Positions 43,928 through 53,186 of a DNA stretch of 64,000 nucleotides are shown one piece after another (the stretch's first letter is position 1; every line of letters begins with the position of its first letter). A model generated the notes under the pieces. It searched no databases. It was not told the origin of the DNA and saw nothing but the letters and a program-made list of their open reading frames with translations. Position numbers and translations under genes: made by a program. Origin of the DNA: Pseudomonas aeruginosa PAO1 (GTDB taxonomy: Bacteria > Pseudomonadota > Gammaproteobacteria > Pseudomonadales > Pseudomonadaceae); assembly GCF_000006765.1 (NCBI RefSeq), contig NC_002516.2. One strand, given 5' to 3'.

Positions 43928-44507
43928 GTTCGGCGGGCCTCGCTCTGGGCAGTGCGACCGCGACAAGGACAAACAGACGCTCCTCGGGAGCCGCCAGTGC
44001 CATCGCCTCGGGAAGGGTATCGGCCAGTTGCGCGCTCGGCGGCCAGTCCCGGTGCCACTGGCCGTGACCGTCCAGATAGCGGAAGCGAGCTTCGCCGCGC
44101 AGATGCAGGAGGGGCCAGCGACTGTCCTCCAGCCTTCGCACATAGATCAACTCGGTCCGGTCCTCTCCTGCCCGCCGCTCAAGCCGGAAGGCCAAGGGCG
44201 TCGGGATGCCCGCACGGCGATCCAGGGCCGCGGCAGACATGGCCTCGAAACTGAGTTCGTCCCCTCGCAGACGCCAGCGGACCTCGCCAGCCTCGGGAGC
44301 GACCAGGTTCTCCACCGCATCACGGAACCAATCGAAGGTCAGCGCCCGGACCTGTCCGCGCCCCAGGTTCTGGTGCAAGGACTGGTTGGCCTTGCTGGCA
44401 TAGCTCAACCCTTGCATGAGCAACGTGCCGATGAAGGAAACGACCAGCAGCACCACGATCATCTCGAGCAGGGTGAATGCACCCTGTTTTCGTCGCGAGC
44501 GGATCAT
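43917..44507 (-). CDS. hplW: T2SS GspJ-like pseudopilin
   Basis: KQGA|FTLLEMIVVL class III signal. Confidence 0.8.
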   Translation of the reverse strand: MIRSRRKQGAFTLLEMIVVLLVVSFIGTLLMQGLSYASKANQSLHQNLGRGQVRALTFDWFRDAVENLVAPEAGEVRWRLRGDELSFEAMSAAALDRRAGIPTPLAFRLERRAGEDRTELIYVRRLEDSRWPLLHLRGEARFRYLDGHGQWHRDWPPSAQLADTLPEAMALAAPEERLFVLVAVALPRARPAEHDF

Positions 44508-44929
44508 GGTCCATCACCCAGTCGCGCTGGGATGACCACGTACCCGGGAAGCTCCAGTTGCAGCGTCTGCGGCGTTCCATCGCCGGCCCGGATGTTGGCG
44601 ACGACCCTGAACAAGGTCACGTCGTAGATGCCCGGACTGCCGCTATGGCGGCCCACCGCCGCTTTCGATGCGGACAGTGGCGAACTTCGCCACTCCAGCC
44701 GGTAATGCCCCAGCCGGACCCTGCCTGCGGGTTCGAGCGCAGGGTTCATGCGCTCCAGATAGGCCATCGCCACCCGGGCCGTCTCAATGCGCAGCTCGGC
44801 CGCCTCGACCCGCTGCATGCTCCGAAAGGCACTGTTGAGCCAGGCGAAAAGCGCACCGCCGACCACTGCCAGGAGCGTCAGCGCAACCACCGCCTCCAGG
44901 AGCGTGAAGCCTTCCTGCCGCGCCGGCAT
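44504..44929 (-). CDS. hplV: T2SS GspI-like pseudopilin
   Basis: RQEG|FTLLEAVVAL; ATG overlaps the upstream TGA. Confidence 0.8.
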   Translation of the reverse strand: MPARQEGFTLLEAVVALTLLAVVGGALFAWLNSAFRSMQRVEAAELRIETARVAMAYLERMNPALEPAGRVRLGHYRLEWRSSPLSASKAAVGRHSGSPGIYDVTLFRVVANIRAGDGTPQTLQLELPGYVVIPARLGDGP

Positions 44930-45333
44930 CAGCGGATCGTCCCGGGCGCGCAGAGGGGTGGCTGAAGCAGCAGCGTATGTGTCGCGCGCCCATGATGGAC
45001 CTGCAACTTTCCGCCCAGGCAAACTCCGTTTGCCATGTAATGTATCGGCGGCCGAGCAGTAACCGTCCAGCCATCGGGCAGTCGCAGCAACTGCTCGGGA
45101 ACCGCCCCGCTCTCATCAATGAGCAGCTCCCGCCCGTCGCTGCGCACGCGATAGCCCAGGGTCTGCAATTGATTGAACAGATCGTCCAGCGCGGTCCTGC
45201 GCGCCCAGGTCTCCTGCATCCTCACCAGGCCGGGCAACGCTACCGCAGCAATGGCCCCGACGATCACCAGCACCACCAGCAGTTCGAGCAAGGTGAACGC
45301 GGCCTGGTCAACGTTTGGGCGCGTAACCGACAT
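44929..45333 (-). CDS. hplU: T2SS GspH-like pseudopilin
   Basis: DQAA|FTLLELLVVLVIVG. Confidence 0.78.
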   Translation of the reverse strand: MSVTRPNVDQAAFTLLELLVVLVIVGAIAAVALPGLVRMQETWARRTALDDLFNQLQTLGYRVRSDGRELLIDESGAVPEQLLRLPDGWTVTARPPIHYMANGVCLGGKLQVHHGRATHTLLLQPPLCAPGTIR

Positions 45334-45742
45334 CGGCATCCAGGCCTTTCCCACCGGGCTGCCCATCCGCGCCCTGGCTGTAGAGAGTGAAGGGTTGTTC
45401 GGCACTCGGCCTGTCGCTGTACAGGTAAGGTCGGTTCCAGGGGTCCAGCGGTACGCCGCCCTCGAGGTAGGGCCCGTGCCAGAAGGCCCCGAGACGTTCA
45501 TCGGAAGGCGGCGTGTTGAGTAGCGCCAGGCCTTCTTCTTCGGTCGGCAGCCGGCCGATGTCCAGGCGCATGGTGAGCAACGCGCCCTTGAGCATCTTCA
45601 CCTGGGTATCCGCCGTCTGCGCCTTCGCCTTGTCGGCCTGATTGAACAGTCGCGGCCCGACGAGCCCCATCAGCATGCCGATAATCACCAACACCACAAT
45701 CATCTCGAGCAGGGTGAAGCCCTGTTGTGCAGCTCTGTTCAT
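45308..45742 (-). CDS. hplT: T2SS major pseudopilin GspG-like
   Basis: QQG|FTLLEMIVVLVIIG; GRLPTEEEGLALL, WHGPYL, LDPWNRPY, YSQGADG. Confidence 0.92.
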   Translation of the reverse strand: MNRAAQQGFTLLEMIVVLVIIGMLMGLVGPRLFNQADKAKAQTADTQVKMLKGALLTMRLDIGRLPTEEEGLALLNTPPSDERLGAFWHGPYLEGGVPLDPWNRPYLYSDRPSAEQPFTLYSQGADGQPGGKGLDADVGYAPKR

Positions 45743-45795
45743 ACGGTTTCCACTTCACGTCTCATCCAACCAGCCGCGGCATCGATACCCGGCAT

Positions 45796-46983
45796 TCAAA
45801 GCACCATGTCGTTGGCGCTGGTAATCGCCAGTACCACGCCGGTAATGATCAGGCCGAACACAGAGCCGATCAGCAGGATCGCCAGAGGCTCGATCAGCAC
45901 CAGGGCCTTTTTCATTCGCGCCTGCCCGACCTCTCCATAGAGCGTCGCCAGGCTCTGCAGCATCTCCGCGAGCTGCCCGGAGGCCTCTCCAACCCGCACC
46001 AGGCTCGAACCGATGGACGTGACCGCCTGGCGCTCCTCCAACGCTGCCGACAAGGCGATGCCGGCCCGCACATCCTGGGTGACTCGCTCCAGGGTCCGGC
46101 GCTGCCGGGCAATGCGGACGCCATCGGCGGAAAGCGCCAGGGCCTCCACCAGCGGCACACGATTTCCCAGCAGGGTTCCAAGCACCTTCGACCATTGCGC
46201 TATTTCCGCCTGCATCAACCATTCCCCGACTACGGGCAGGCGCACCAACTGGTCGAGCGCATGGGCGCGGAGCGCCGGATTGCGCAGCGCCACGGCAATG
46301 CCGCCAGCAAGCAGCAGGACGGCGAACGCCAGCAAGCCGGAACTCTCGTTGCTCCATACCCCGATGCTCAGCACTGCCCAGGCAAGCCACGGAAGCTGGG
46401 CGGTCTCGTTCAGGAGATTGGCGAATTTCGGAACGACGAAGACGAACAGGGTCGCCACGGCGAGCACCCCGCTGAGCACCAGAATCGCAGGGTAGATCAG
46501 CGCCCCTTGCAACTCGGCGCGGGTTCGCCGTTCGTATTCCATCTGCGTGGCACAGTCCCTCAGGGCTCCTGCGAGGTTTCCGGTCATCTCGCCGGCCGCC
46601 ACCAGTTGATATACATAGCGCGGCAGGTCGAGGCCGGCGCTCTCCAGCACCACGGGAAAGGATTGCCCCTGGCGCAGACCATTGGCCATCGCCTGCAGGG
46701 CGGAAATCAACTTCGGGTGGCGCGCGCCTCGCTCCTGGGCCTCCACCGCGTCGGCCATGCTCACTCCCGCCGCGAGCATGGTGGCCAGCTCGTGGATGGC
46801 CATGTTCAATTCCTCGGCCTTGAGCCGACGTCGCGAGCCCAGGTTGCGGCGTTTCACCTCCAGGCTGAGCGGGGTGAGCCCCTGGCGCTGCAACTGCCGC
46901 AGCGCATCCTGGCGCGTGGGGAGGCAGAGTTCGCCACGAACGCGCCTGCCCTTGCGATCGACGGCTTGGTAGATGAAATTCAT
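45796..46983 (-). CDS. hplS: T2SS GspF-like platform protein
   Basis: Duplicated GspF domains (AAGEMTGNL; VGEASGQL), ALIYP, LIEP. Confidence 0.92.
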   Translation of the reverse strand: MNFIYQAVDRKGRRVRGELCLPTRQDALRQLQRQGLTPLSLEVKRRNLGSRRRLKAEELNMAIHELATMLAAGVSMADAVEAQERGARHPKLISALQAMANGLRQGQSFPVVLESAGLDLPRYVYQLVAAGEMTGNLAGALRDCATQMEYERRTRAELQGALIYPAILVLSGVLAVATLFVFVVPKFANLLNETAQLPWLAWAVLSIGVWSNESSGLLAFAVLLLAGGIAVALRNPALRAHALDQLVRLPVVGEWLMQAEIAQWSKVLGTLLGNRVPLVEALALSADGVRIARQRRTLERVTQDVRAGIALSAALEERQAVTSIGSSLVRVGEASGQLAEMLQSLATLYGEVGQARMKKALVLIEPLAILLIGSVFGLIITGVVLAITSANDMVL

Positions 46984-46987
46984 GGAC

Positions 46988-48715
46988 TTAGCCGCTGGTC
47001 ACGCGATGCACCTCGTCAAGACTGGTCATACCCAACCAGGCCTTGATCAAGCCATCTTCACGCAGATTGCGCTGTCCCTGGCTGGCGGCAAGCCGATGCA
47101 TCTGTTCGAGGGAAGCTCTCTGCACGATCAGGTCGCGCATCTCGGAAGACAGATCGACGAGTTCGTAGATGCCCACACGGCCGCTGTAGCCGGTACCTTC
47201 GCAGCGGCCGCAGCCTCGCGCCACGCGCCATTGCGCTGCCTGCCCCGGGAACAGCCGCGCGGTGGCCGCCTCGGTCGCTGCCAGATCGGCCGCAGCAAGG
47301 GTTGGCTCGCAAGGTTCCGCGCAGTGGGCGCACAACCTGCGCACCAGTCGCTGGGCCTGGACACCGCGCACCGGCGAAGCCACCAGGAAGGGTTCCACGC
47401 CCATGTCGATCAAACGCGTGAAGGCGCTCACCGCATCGTTGGTATGCAGGGTCGAAAGCACCAGGTGACCGGTGAGCGAGGACTGTACGGCGATCTCCGC
47501 CGTCTCCAGGTCGCGTATCTCCCCGATCATGATCACATCGGGATCCTGCCGCAGGATCGAGCGCAAGGCGGCAGCGAAGGTCAGGCCGATGTCGGCATGG
47601 ACCTGGACCTGGGTGATATTGGGCACCTGGTATTCCACGGGATCTTCCACGCTGATGAGCTTGCGCACGCCATCATTGATTTCCTCCAGCGCGCCATAGA
47701 GCGTGGTGGACTTGCCCGATCCGGTGGGGCCGGTCACCAGGATGATGCCGTGGGGTTCCGCTACCCATGCACGCATCCTCCGCAAGTGGTCCGGGAGCAT
47801 CCCGAGCCGGTCCAGGCGCAACCCCTCGCGCTCCTTCGGCAACAGGCGCATGACCACCGATTCGCCATGCACCCCTGGCAAGGTGGAGACCCGCACGTCG
47901 AGCTCCGTACCGCTGACCCGGATGCTCATGCGTCCATCCTGCGGCAACCGTCGCTCCGCGATGTCGATGGCGGAGATCAGCTTGATCCGCGAGACGACCG
48001 CCGCGAATCGCTCGCGGGGAAGGCTCAGTTGGTCGTGCAGGACGCCGTCGACGCGGAAGCGGATACGGAAGTCGAACTCCCGGGGTTCGATGTGAATATC
48101 CGAAGAACGCTTTTCCATGGCCTGGCTCATCACGTTGTTGACGAGTTCGACTACCGGCGCCTCCTCCGCCAGCTCCCGCAGGTAGCGGATGTCTTCGCTG
48201 CCGTAGGCGTGCCGATCCGCACCTTGCCGGGCCAGGTCCAGGGAGTGCTCCAACCAGCCGTCCAGATCCTGGGAGCGGCACAGCACTGCTTGAATCGAGC
48301 GCTCCGGATAGAAATAGCCCAGGGTTTCGCGTATCGAAGGAGATAACGGATCACGCGCCGCGAACAGCAGTTGTTCGCCCTCCTCCCAGACCACCAGTTG
48401 CTCTTCGACGAACCAGTCGGTATTGATCGGGGTACTGAGCAGGAATGCGGCGATGGACTCTTCGCTCGGCTTCCGCAGGTCGTCCCCCACCAGCGGCAAC
48501 CGCAGTTGCTCCGCCAGCACCTGCATGAGGGTATTTTCCGAGATGGCTCCGGAACGCACGAGAATGCCTCCCAGACGGCCGCCAAGCCGGCGTTGCAGGT
48601 CGAGCGCCCGCTCGAGTTCCTGGCCGCTCACCAACCCGCGTTCGAGCAAACGCTGCCCCAGCGGTATCCACTCGGCCGTCATCTGCGGGCCCGGGGAAAC
48701 GGCCTCAGAGGACAT
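46988..48715 (-). CDS. hplR: T2SS GspE-like ATPase, 575 aa
   Basis: SDIHIEP, ERRLPQDGR, Walker A GPTGSGKSTT, LRQDPDVIMIGEIRD, CAHC...CGRC Zn motif. Confidence 0.95.
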   Translation of the reverse strand: MSSEAVSPGPQMTAEWIPLGQRLLERGLVSGQELERALDLQRRLGGRLGGILVRSGAISENTLMQVLAEQLRLPLVGDDLRKPSEESIAAFLLSTPINTDWFVEEQLVVWEEGEQLLFAARDPLSPSIRETLGYFYPERSIQAVLCRSQDLDGWLEHSLDLARQGADRHAYGSEDIRYLRELAEEAPVVELVNNVMSQAMEKRSSDIHIEPREFDFRIRFRVDGVLHDQLSLPRERFAAVVSRIKLISAIDIAERRLPQDGRMSIRVSGTELDVRVSTLPGVHGESVVMRLLPKEREGLRLDRLGMLPDHLRRMRAWVAEPHGIILVTGPTGSGKSTTLYGALEEINDGVRKLISVEDPVEYQVPNITQVQVHADIGLTFAAALRSILRQDPDVIMIGEIRDLETAEIAVQSSLTGHLVLSTLHTNDAVSAFTRLIDMGVEPFLVASPVRGVQAQRLVRRLCAHCAEPCEPTLAAADLAATEAATARLFPGQAAQWRVARGCGRCEGTGYSGRVGIYELVDLSSEMRDLIVQRASLEQMHRLAASQGQRNLREDGLIKAWLGMTSLDEVHRVTSG

Positions 48716-49523
48716 CTGCAAAACCTTCCTGAACCCGACGGAACCAGAGGAAGCCCGATGAACAGACCAGCAGAGACGCAACGCAATAAACGCTGAAGAC
48801 CCCAAGGGTCGGATAGGGAGCATCGAAAAGGATCGCCCTGACCATTTCCACCGGGATCGTCAGCGGATTGAGGTACAGGTAGGGCTGCATTACCGGTGGC
48901 AAGGAAGACAGCGGATAGAACACCGGGCTGATGAATAGCAGAAGCACCAGGAGAAACTGGACGAACTGCCCTATGTCGCGAACATAGACCCCGAGCCCCG
49001 CGAGGAACCACGCCAGCCCCGTCACGCAGAGCAGGAAGGGGAGCAGGGCAAGCGGTAGCAGAACCAGTTGCCAGCCTGGCTCGACGCCGCTGAAGAGAAG
49101 AAAGATACAGAGCACCAGGTAGCCGAGCATGGCGTTGAAGAAAGCGGCCAGCAGCGGTGTGAGGGGGAGTATCTCCAGGGGAAAAACCAGCTTCTTCACG
49201 TAGTTGGCGTTGGCCTGGATGATAGTCGGGGCCCTGGACAGGCTTTCAGCGAGGATCCCGTTCAGCAGGAGTCCGGAAAACAGGGTCAAGGCGAAGGAGA
49301 GCGTGCTCTGGCTTCCACCCCAGCGCGACTTCAGCACGAAGCCGAAGACAAACGTATAGATCAGCAAGAGCAGGAACGGCGAGACGATGATCCAGATGCG
49401 GCCCAACATGGCGTCGCGATAACGCAGTTCGACCTCGCGCCGGGTCATGACCAGCAGGAGCCTGATGCGACTGGCGAGACTGGCCGGTACCAAGAGGGAA
49501 CCACTCACAGAAAAACTCTCCAC
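48705..49523 (-). CDS. ABC-2 polysaccharide export permease, Wzm-like (PA2678-like)
   Basis: REVELRYRDAMLGRIW, ANYVKKLVFPLEIL, RDIGQ, FISPVFYP, LNPLT. Confidence 0.88.
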   Translation of the reverse strand: MESFSVSGSLLVPASLASRIRLLLVMTRREVELRYRDAMLGRIWIIVSPFLLLLIYTFVFGFVLKSRWGGSQSTLSFALTLFSGLLLNGILAESLSRAPTIIQANANYVKKLVFPLEILPLTPLLAAFFNAMLGYLVLCIFLLFSGVEPGWQLVLLPLALLPFLLCVTGLAWFLAGLGVYVRDIGQFVQFLLVLLLFISPVFYPLSSLPPVMQPYLYLNPLTIPVEMVRAILFDAPYPTLGVFSVYCVASLLVCSSGFLWFRRVQEGFADVL

Positions 49524-50099
49524 GGCGAAGAAGAACAGAACCCGCTAACCATGAAGGATCGAAGCGAGCGGGGCCATCAGCCCCCACTACTTCTGGCGTA
49601 AGGTTTTTCTGATTCAAGAAGAGCCTTCAGAAGGCCGGAGCAAGCCGGCACTCTCGCCAACTCGATCTCCCATCGGCTCCGTACCTGCTGGAAAGCACGT
49701 GGGTAACCCCGACAATGGCAACGGCTCTCAAGGTGAGGGGCCGGACTGCGCGGAGTGCACCCTCGATTCAGCAGCCAGCGGCAGGGAAACCGGGACGAAA
49801 GCAAGACTCATCCTGCAATCGGGGCGATTTCTTCATAGCGCTGGAAAACCTCGCTCAGTGAAACGAAAGCACGCACTGAGCGCCCCGTACGCCAGGAACT
49901 GGCAACCTGCACGCCGACCCGGCCTGGGGCGGCATGGCGAGTTCGACGAATACGACTCGGCGCACCACCTGCCCCCTGTGCCCGCGCTCAAGCGACGCCG
50001 CGGCTGCCAAGGGGTTGCAGCGACCTGCGTAGACGGCAGGCGGACGCGATCGGCGCTCTCCCCGCCGTCATGGTTGAGTTTCGGATTGCGTCCGATGGC

Positions 50100-50852
50100 T
50101 CAGCGGATCACCCCGGCGCGCACCGTCAGCGGCCAACTGACCCGATAGCGCGTCTGCGGGTCGCCCCAGGCTTCGCGCAGCTCATCGACGAACGCGGCGC
50201 CCGGATCCTGGCCAAGGGCCTTGCCGGCCTCCTTCACCGCCGACCAGGTACCGACGTAGCCCAGCAGCTCGTCCAGGGTCCAGGCCACCTCGATGGCCAG
50301 GTCCGGCAGGCGGCGCTCCTCGAAGGGGAACGGCAGATTGCGGTAGCCCTCCTCCACGTGGCGCCGCTCGGCAGGCCAGTAGGGGCCGACGACCTGGTGG
50401 TAGAAGTGCTGGACCAGCGGTTCCATGGGTCCGTCGACATGCAATACGCCATAGGTAACCAGGGCCAGGATGGCGTCCGCGCGGGCCACACGCCGGACTT
50501 CCTCGTAGAAGCGCGGCAGGTCCAGCCAGTGGGCGGCCTGGGCGACCGTCACCAGGTCGGCGCTGGCCGCCGCCAGTCCGCTGTCCTCGGCCAGGGCCAC
50601 GCGATACTCGACCCGCTCGCGAGCCTGCGCCTTGTCGATCTGCGCGGCGCTGGCGTCGGTACCGACCACCCGTTCGAAACGCTCGGCCAACAGCACCGTG
50701 AGCTGTCCGGTGCCGCAGCCGCAGTCCAGGGCCAGGCGGGTGCCGGGGCAGAGCGCGGCCAGCTCGTCGACCAACTGCGCCGGGTAGGTCGGACGATGTG
50801 CGGCGTAGTTCGCCGAACCCGTGGAGAAATGATCCTTGAAAGGTGCCGTCAT
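50100..50852 (-). CDS. Class I SAM-dependent methyltransferase, 250 aa (PA2679-like)
   Basis: YAAHRPTYP, ALDCGCGTGQ, VTVAQAAHW. Confidence 0.9.
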   Translation of the reverse strand: MTAPFKDHFSTGSANYAAHRPTYPAQLVDELAALCPGTRLALDCGCGTGQLTVLLAERFERVVGTDASAAQIDKAQARERVEYRVALAEDSGLAAASADLVTVAQAAHWLDLPRFYEEVRRVARADAILALVTYGVLHVDGPMEPLVQHFYHQVVGPYWPAERRHVEEGYRNLPFPFEERRLPDLAIEVAWTLDELLGYVGTWSAVKEAGKALGQDPGAAFVDELREAWGDPQTRYRVSWPLTVRAGVIR

Positions 50853-50978
50853 GGGACTCTCCCGAAATGATCCCGGCGACCACAGGGACCATGGCCGTCC
50901 AGGCTGCCGCCTTACACTAGGCGAATCCTGTCGATACGGAAACACGACTTTCGGTCACCTTGGAGCACCGTCTCACTA

Positions 50979-51005
50979 CTGCATGCGGTGCAGCAATCAA
51001 CTGCA
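50979..51005. promoter_or_regulatory. Possible LysR-type binding site upstream of the quinone oxidoreductase gene
   Basis: CTGCA-N5-TGCAG contains T-N11-A (50980-50992) and overlaps a second dyad TGCAG-N7-CTGCA. Confidence 0.4.
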
Positions 51006-51077
51006 AAGAACCTACCTGGTCATCCCCGGATGCTTCATTAGACTGCCGGAACGACGAACGCAGCCAAGGAGACCGCC

Positions 51078-52052
51078 ATGCCCAGTCGCATCACCCTCAA
51101 CGCAAACGGAGGCCCCGAGGTCCTGCGCCTGGAGCAAGTCCAGGCGCAGCAACCGGGCCCCGGCGAGGTCTGGCTGGAGCAGGCCGCCATCGGCGTCAAT
51201 CCGCTGGACCTCGGCCAGCGCTCGGGAGCGGTACCGATTCCGCTGCCGTCCGGCCTCGGCCTGGAAGGCGCCGGAGTGGTCGCCGCGCTGGGTCCGGGAG
51301 TCTCCGGACTGGCGCCGGGCGACCGCGTCGCCTATGCCACCGGCCCGCTGGGCGCCTATGCCAGCGCCCGGCTCTACCCCGCCGAGCGCTTGCTGAAGCT
51401 GCCCGACACACTCGCTTTCGAGGACGCGGCGGCGCTGCTGTTCAAGGGCATCACCGCGCACTACCTGCTGTACGCCACCTACCCCGTCGGGCCCGGCACA
51501 CGCATCCTGCTGTACGGCGCGGCGGGCGCCGTCGGCCAGTTGATGGCGGCCTGGGCCCGGCACCTGGGCGCCTGGGTGATCGGCGTGGTGTCGAAGGCGG
51601 AAAGCGTCGAGCGGGCCAGGGCTGCCGGCTGCGACGAGGTGCTGGTGTTCGACGCGGCCAGTCTCGCCGCCCAGGTCGCCGAGCTGACCGCCGGGCGCAA
51701 GGTCGATGTGGTCTACGACCCCATCGGTCGCGCTACCTTCGAGGCATCCCTGAACAGCTTGCGTCCGCGCGGCCTGCTGGTGTCCTTCGGCGCTACCTCC
51801 GGCGTGCCGCCAGCCGTCGAAGTCGCCACCCTCAACGCCAAGGGTTCGCTGTTCCTCACCCGTCCCTCGCTCGCCGCCCACACCGCCAACCCGGAGGAAT
51901 ACCGGCTACGCGCGCAGGCTGTGCTGCGCGCCCATGCAGACGGTGTCATTCAGCCCCGGGTCTGGCGGCGCTACCCGCTGGCCGAGGCGGCCGTGGCGCA
52001 TACCGATCTGCTGGAGGGACGCTCGCAAGGCGCGCTGGTACTCTTGCCCTGA
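51078..52052 (+). CDS. Zeta-crystallin-like quinone oxidoreductase (MDR family)
   Basis: GVNPLD, GLEGAG, LKGITAHY-like segment, GAAGAVG, SLFLTRPSL. Confidence 0.9.
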   Translation: MPSRITLNANGGPEVLRLEQVQAQQPGPGEVWLEQAAIGVNPLDLGQRSGAVPIPLPSGLGLEGAGVVAALGPGVSGLAPGDRVAYATGPLGAYASARLYPAERLLKLPDTLAFEDAAALLFKGITAHYLLYATYPVGPGTRILLYGAAGAVGQLMAAWARHLGAWVIGVVSKAESVERARAAGCDEVLVFDAASLAAQVAELTAGRKVDVVYDPIGRATFEASLNSLRPRGLLVSFGATSGVPPAVEVATLNAKGSLFLTRPSLAAHTANPEEYRLRAQAVLRAHADGVIQPRVWRRYPLAEAAVAHTDLLEGRSQGALVLLP

Positions 52053-52074
52053 CCCACCCGCAAGAGGCGCATGC

Positions 52075-53004
52075 ATGCAACCGTTCGACAGCCGGCAGGC
52101 CGATGAAGTCGCCACGCTCCTGGCCCTGGCCGAGCACGGTTCGTTCGCCGCCGCCGGCCGCGCCCTGCAACGCCATCCCTCGGTGCTCTCGAAGCGGCTC
52201 GGCGCACTGGAGCGTCGCCTCGGCATCCGCCTGGTCGAACGCACCACCCGGCAACTGCGCTTCACCGATGAAGGCGAGCGCCTGGCGAGCCGCTTCCGCC
52301 AGGCCGTCGACCTGCTCGACGAGGCCGAGCACGAAGCCAGCCTGGGCGCCGCGCAACTGCGCGGACGCCTGCGCATCGCCCTGCCGTCGGCGATGGGCCG
52401 GCTCTGGCTCGGTCCGCTGCTGGCGGAGTTCGCCCTGGCGCATCCGCAGGTGGTGCTGGAAACCGACTATTCGGAGCGCTTCGTCGACATCATCGCGGAA
52501 GGCTTCGACCTCGCGATCCGGGTCGGCGAACTGGCCGACAGCCGCCTGGTGGCCAGGCGGCTGTGCGCCCATCGGCGCATCCTCGGCGCCGCTCCCGACT
52601 ACCTGAAGCGGCATGGGGTACCGCGTATCCCGGCCGACCTGGCGGCACATAATTGCCTCGGCTTCAGCGGACTGCACTCGTACCCGGAGTGGAAGCTGAC
52701 CCGCCAGGACGAACAGCAGCCCGTGCGGGTACGCGGCTCGATGGTCAGCAACGACAACGAGGCCCTGCTCTGCGCCGCACGCCAGGGCCTGGGTATCTTC
52801 GCCGCCGGCGAGTGGCTGATGAGCCGCGACCTCGAAGCCGGCAGGCTGGTACGGGTGCTGCCGGAGTGGAAACTGGACGCCGACGCCGGCGTCTACCTGG
52901 TGCGCCCCTCGGCGCGCTACGCCACGGCGGCGGCCAGCGCGTTCCGCCAATGGGTGGAAGCGCGGTTCGCCGCTGGCCCGCCCTGGCAGCGCCAGCGGGC
53001 CTGA
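52075..53004 (+). CDS. LysR-family transcriptional regulator (CrgA-like), 309 aa
   Basis: HTH segment GSFAAAGRAL...LERRLGIRLVERTTRQLRFT; EGFDLAIRVG. Confidence 0.92.
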   Translation: MQPFDSRQADEVATLLALAEHGSFAAAGRALQRHPSVLSKRLGALERRLGIRLVERTTRQLRFTDEGERLASRFRQAVDLLDEAEHEASLGAAQLRGRLRIALPSAMGRLWLGPLLAEFALAHPQVVLETDYSERFVDIIAEGFDLAIRVGELADSRLVARRLCAHRRILGAAPDYLKRHGVPRIPADLAAHNCLGFSGLHSYPEWKLTRQDEQQPVRVRGSMVSNDNEALLCAARQGLGIFAAGEWLMSRDLEAGRLVRVLPEWKLDADAGVYLVRPSARYATAAASAFRQWVEARFAAGPPWQRQRA

Positions 53005-53159
53005 GCGGTATCCGCGAGCGGCTCGCCGAGGAGCGCGCCGCCTCCCGCCCCTCGCTCCCGGACAATCCGGATACCCTCCCGCCAGCATGCGGATAGCCAA
53101 TGACCCGCCGACCGGTTCCTACTAGGCTGGTTCGCTTCGCTTTCCCGTTTTCCCACTCC

Positions 53160-53167
53160 AACAACAA
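53160..53167 (+). promoter_or_regulatory. Hfq/Crc catabolite-activity (CA) motif
   Basis: AACAACAA about 20 nt upstream of ATG 53187, beside the GAGGA Shine-Dalgarno. Confidence 0.55.
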
Positions 53168-53186
53168 CCCGATGAGGAATCCAGGC

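Noticed and set aside
40600-50100. hpl block as a mobile element or prophage
   Set aside because: I saw no integrase, transposase, tRNA or flanking direct repeats; the block is syntenic with the reference-type chromosome.
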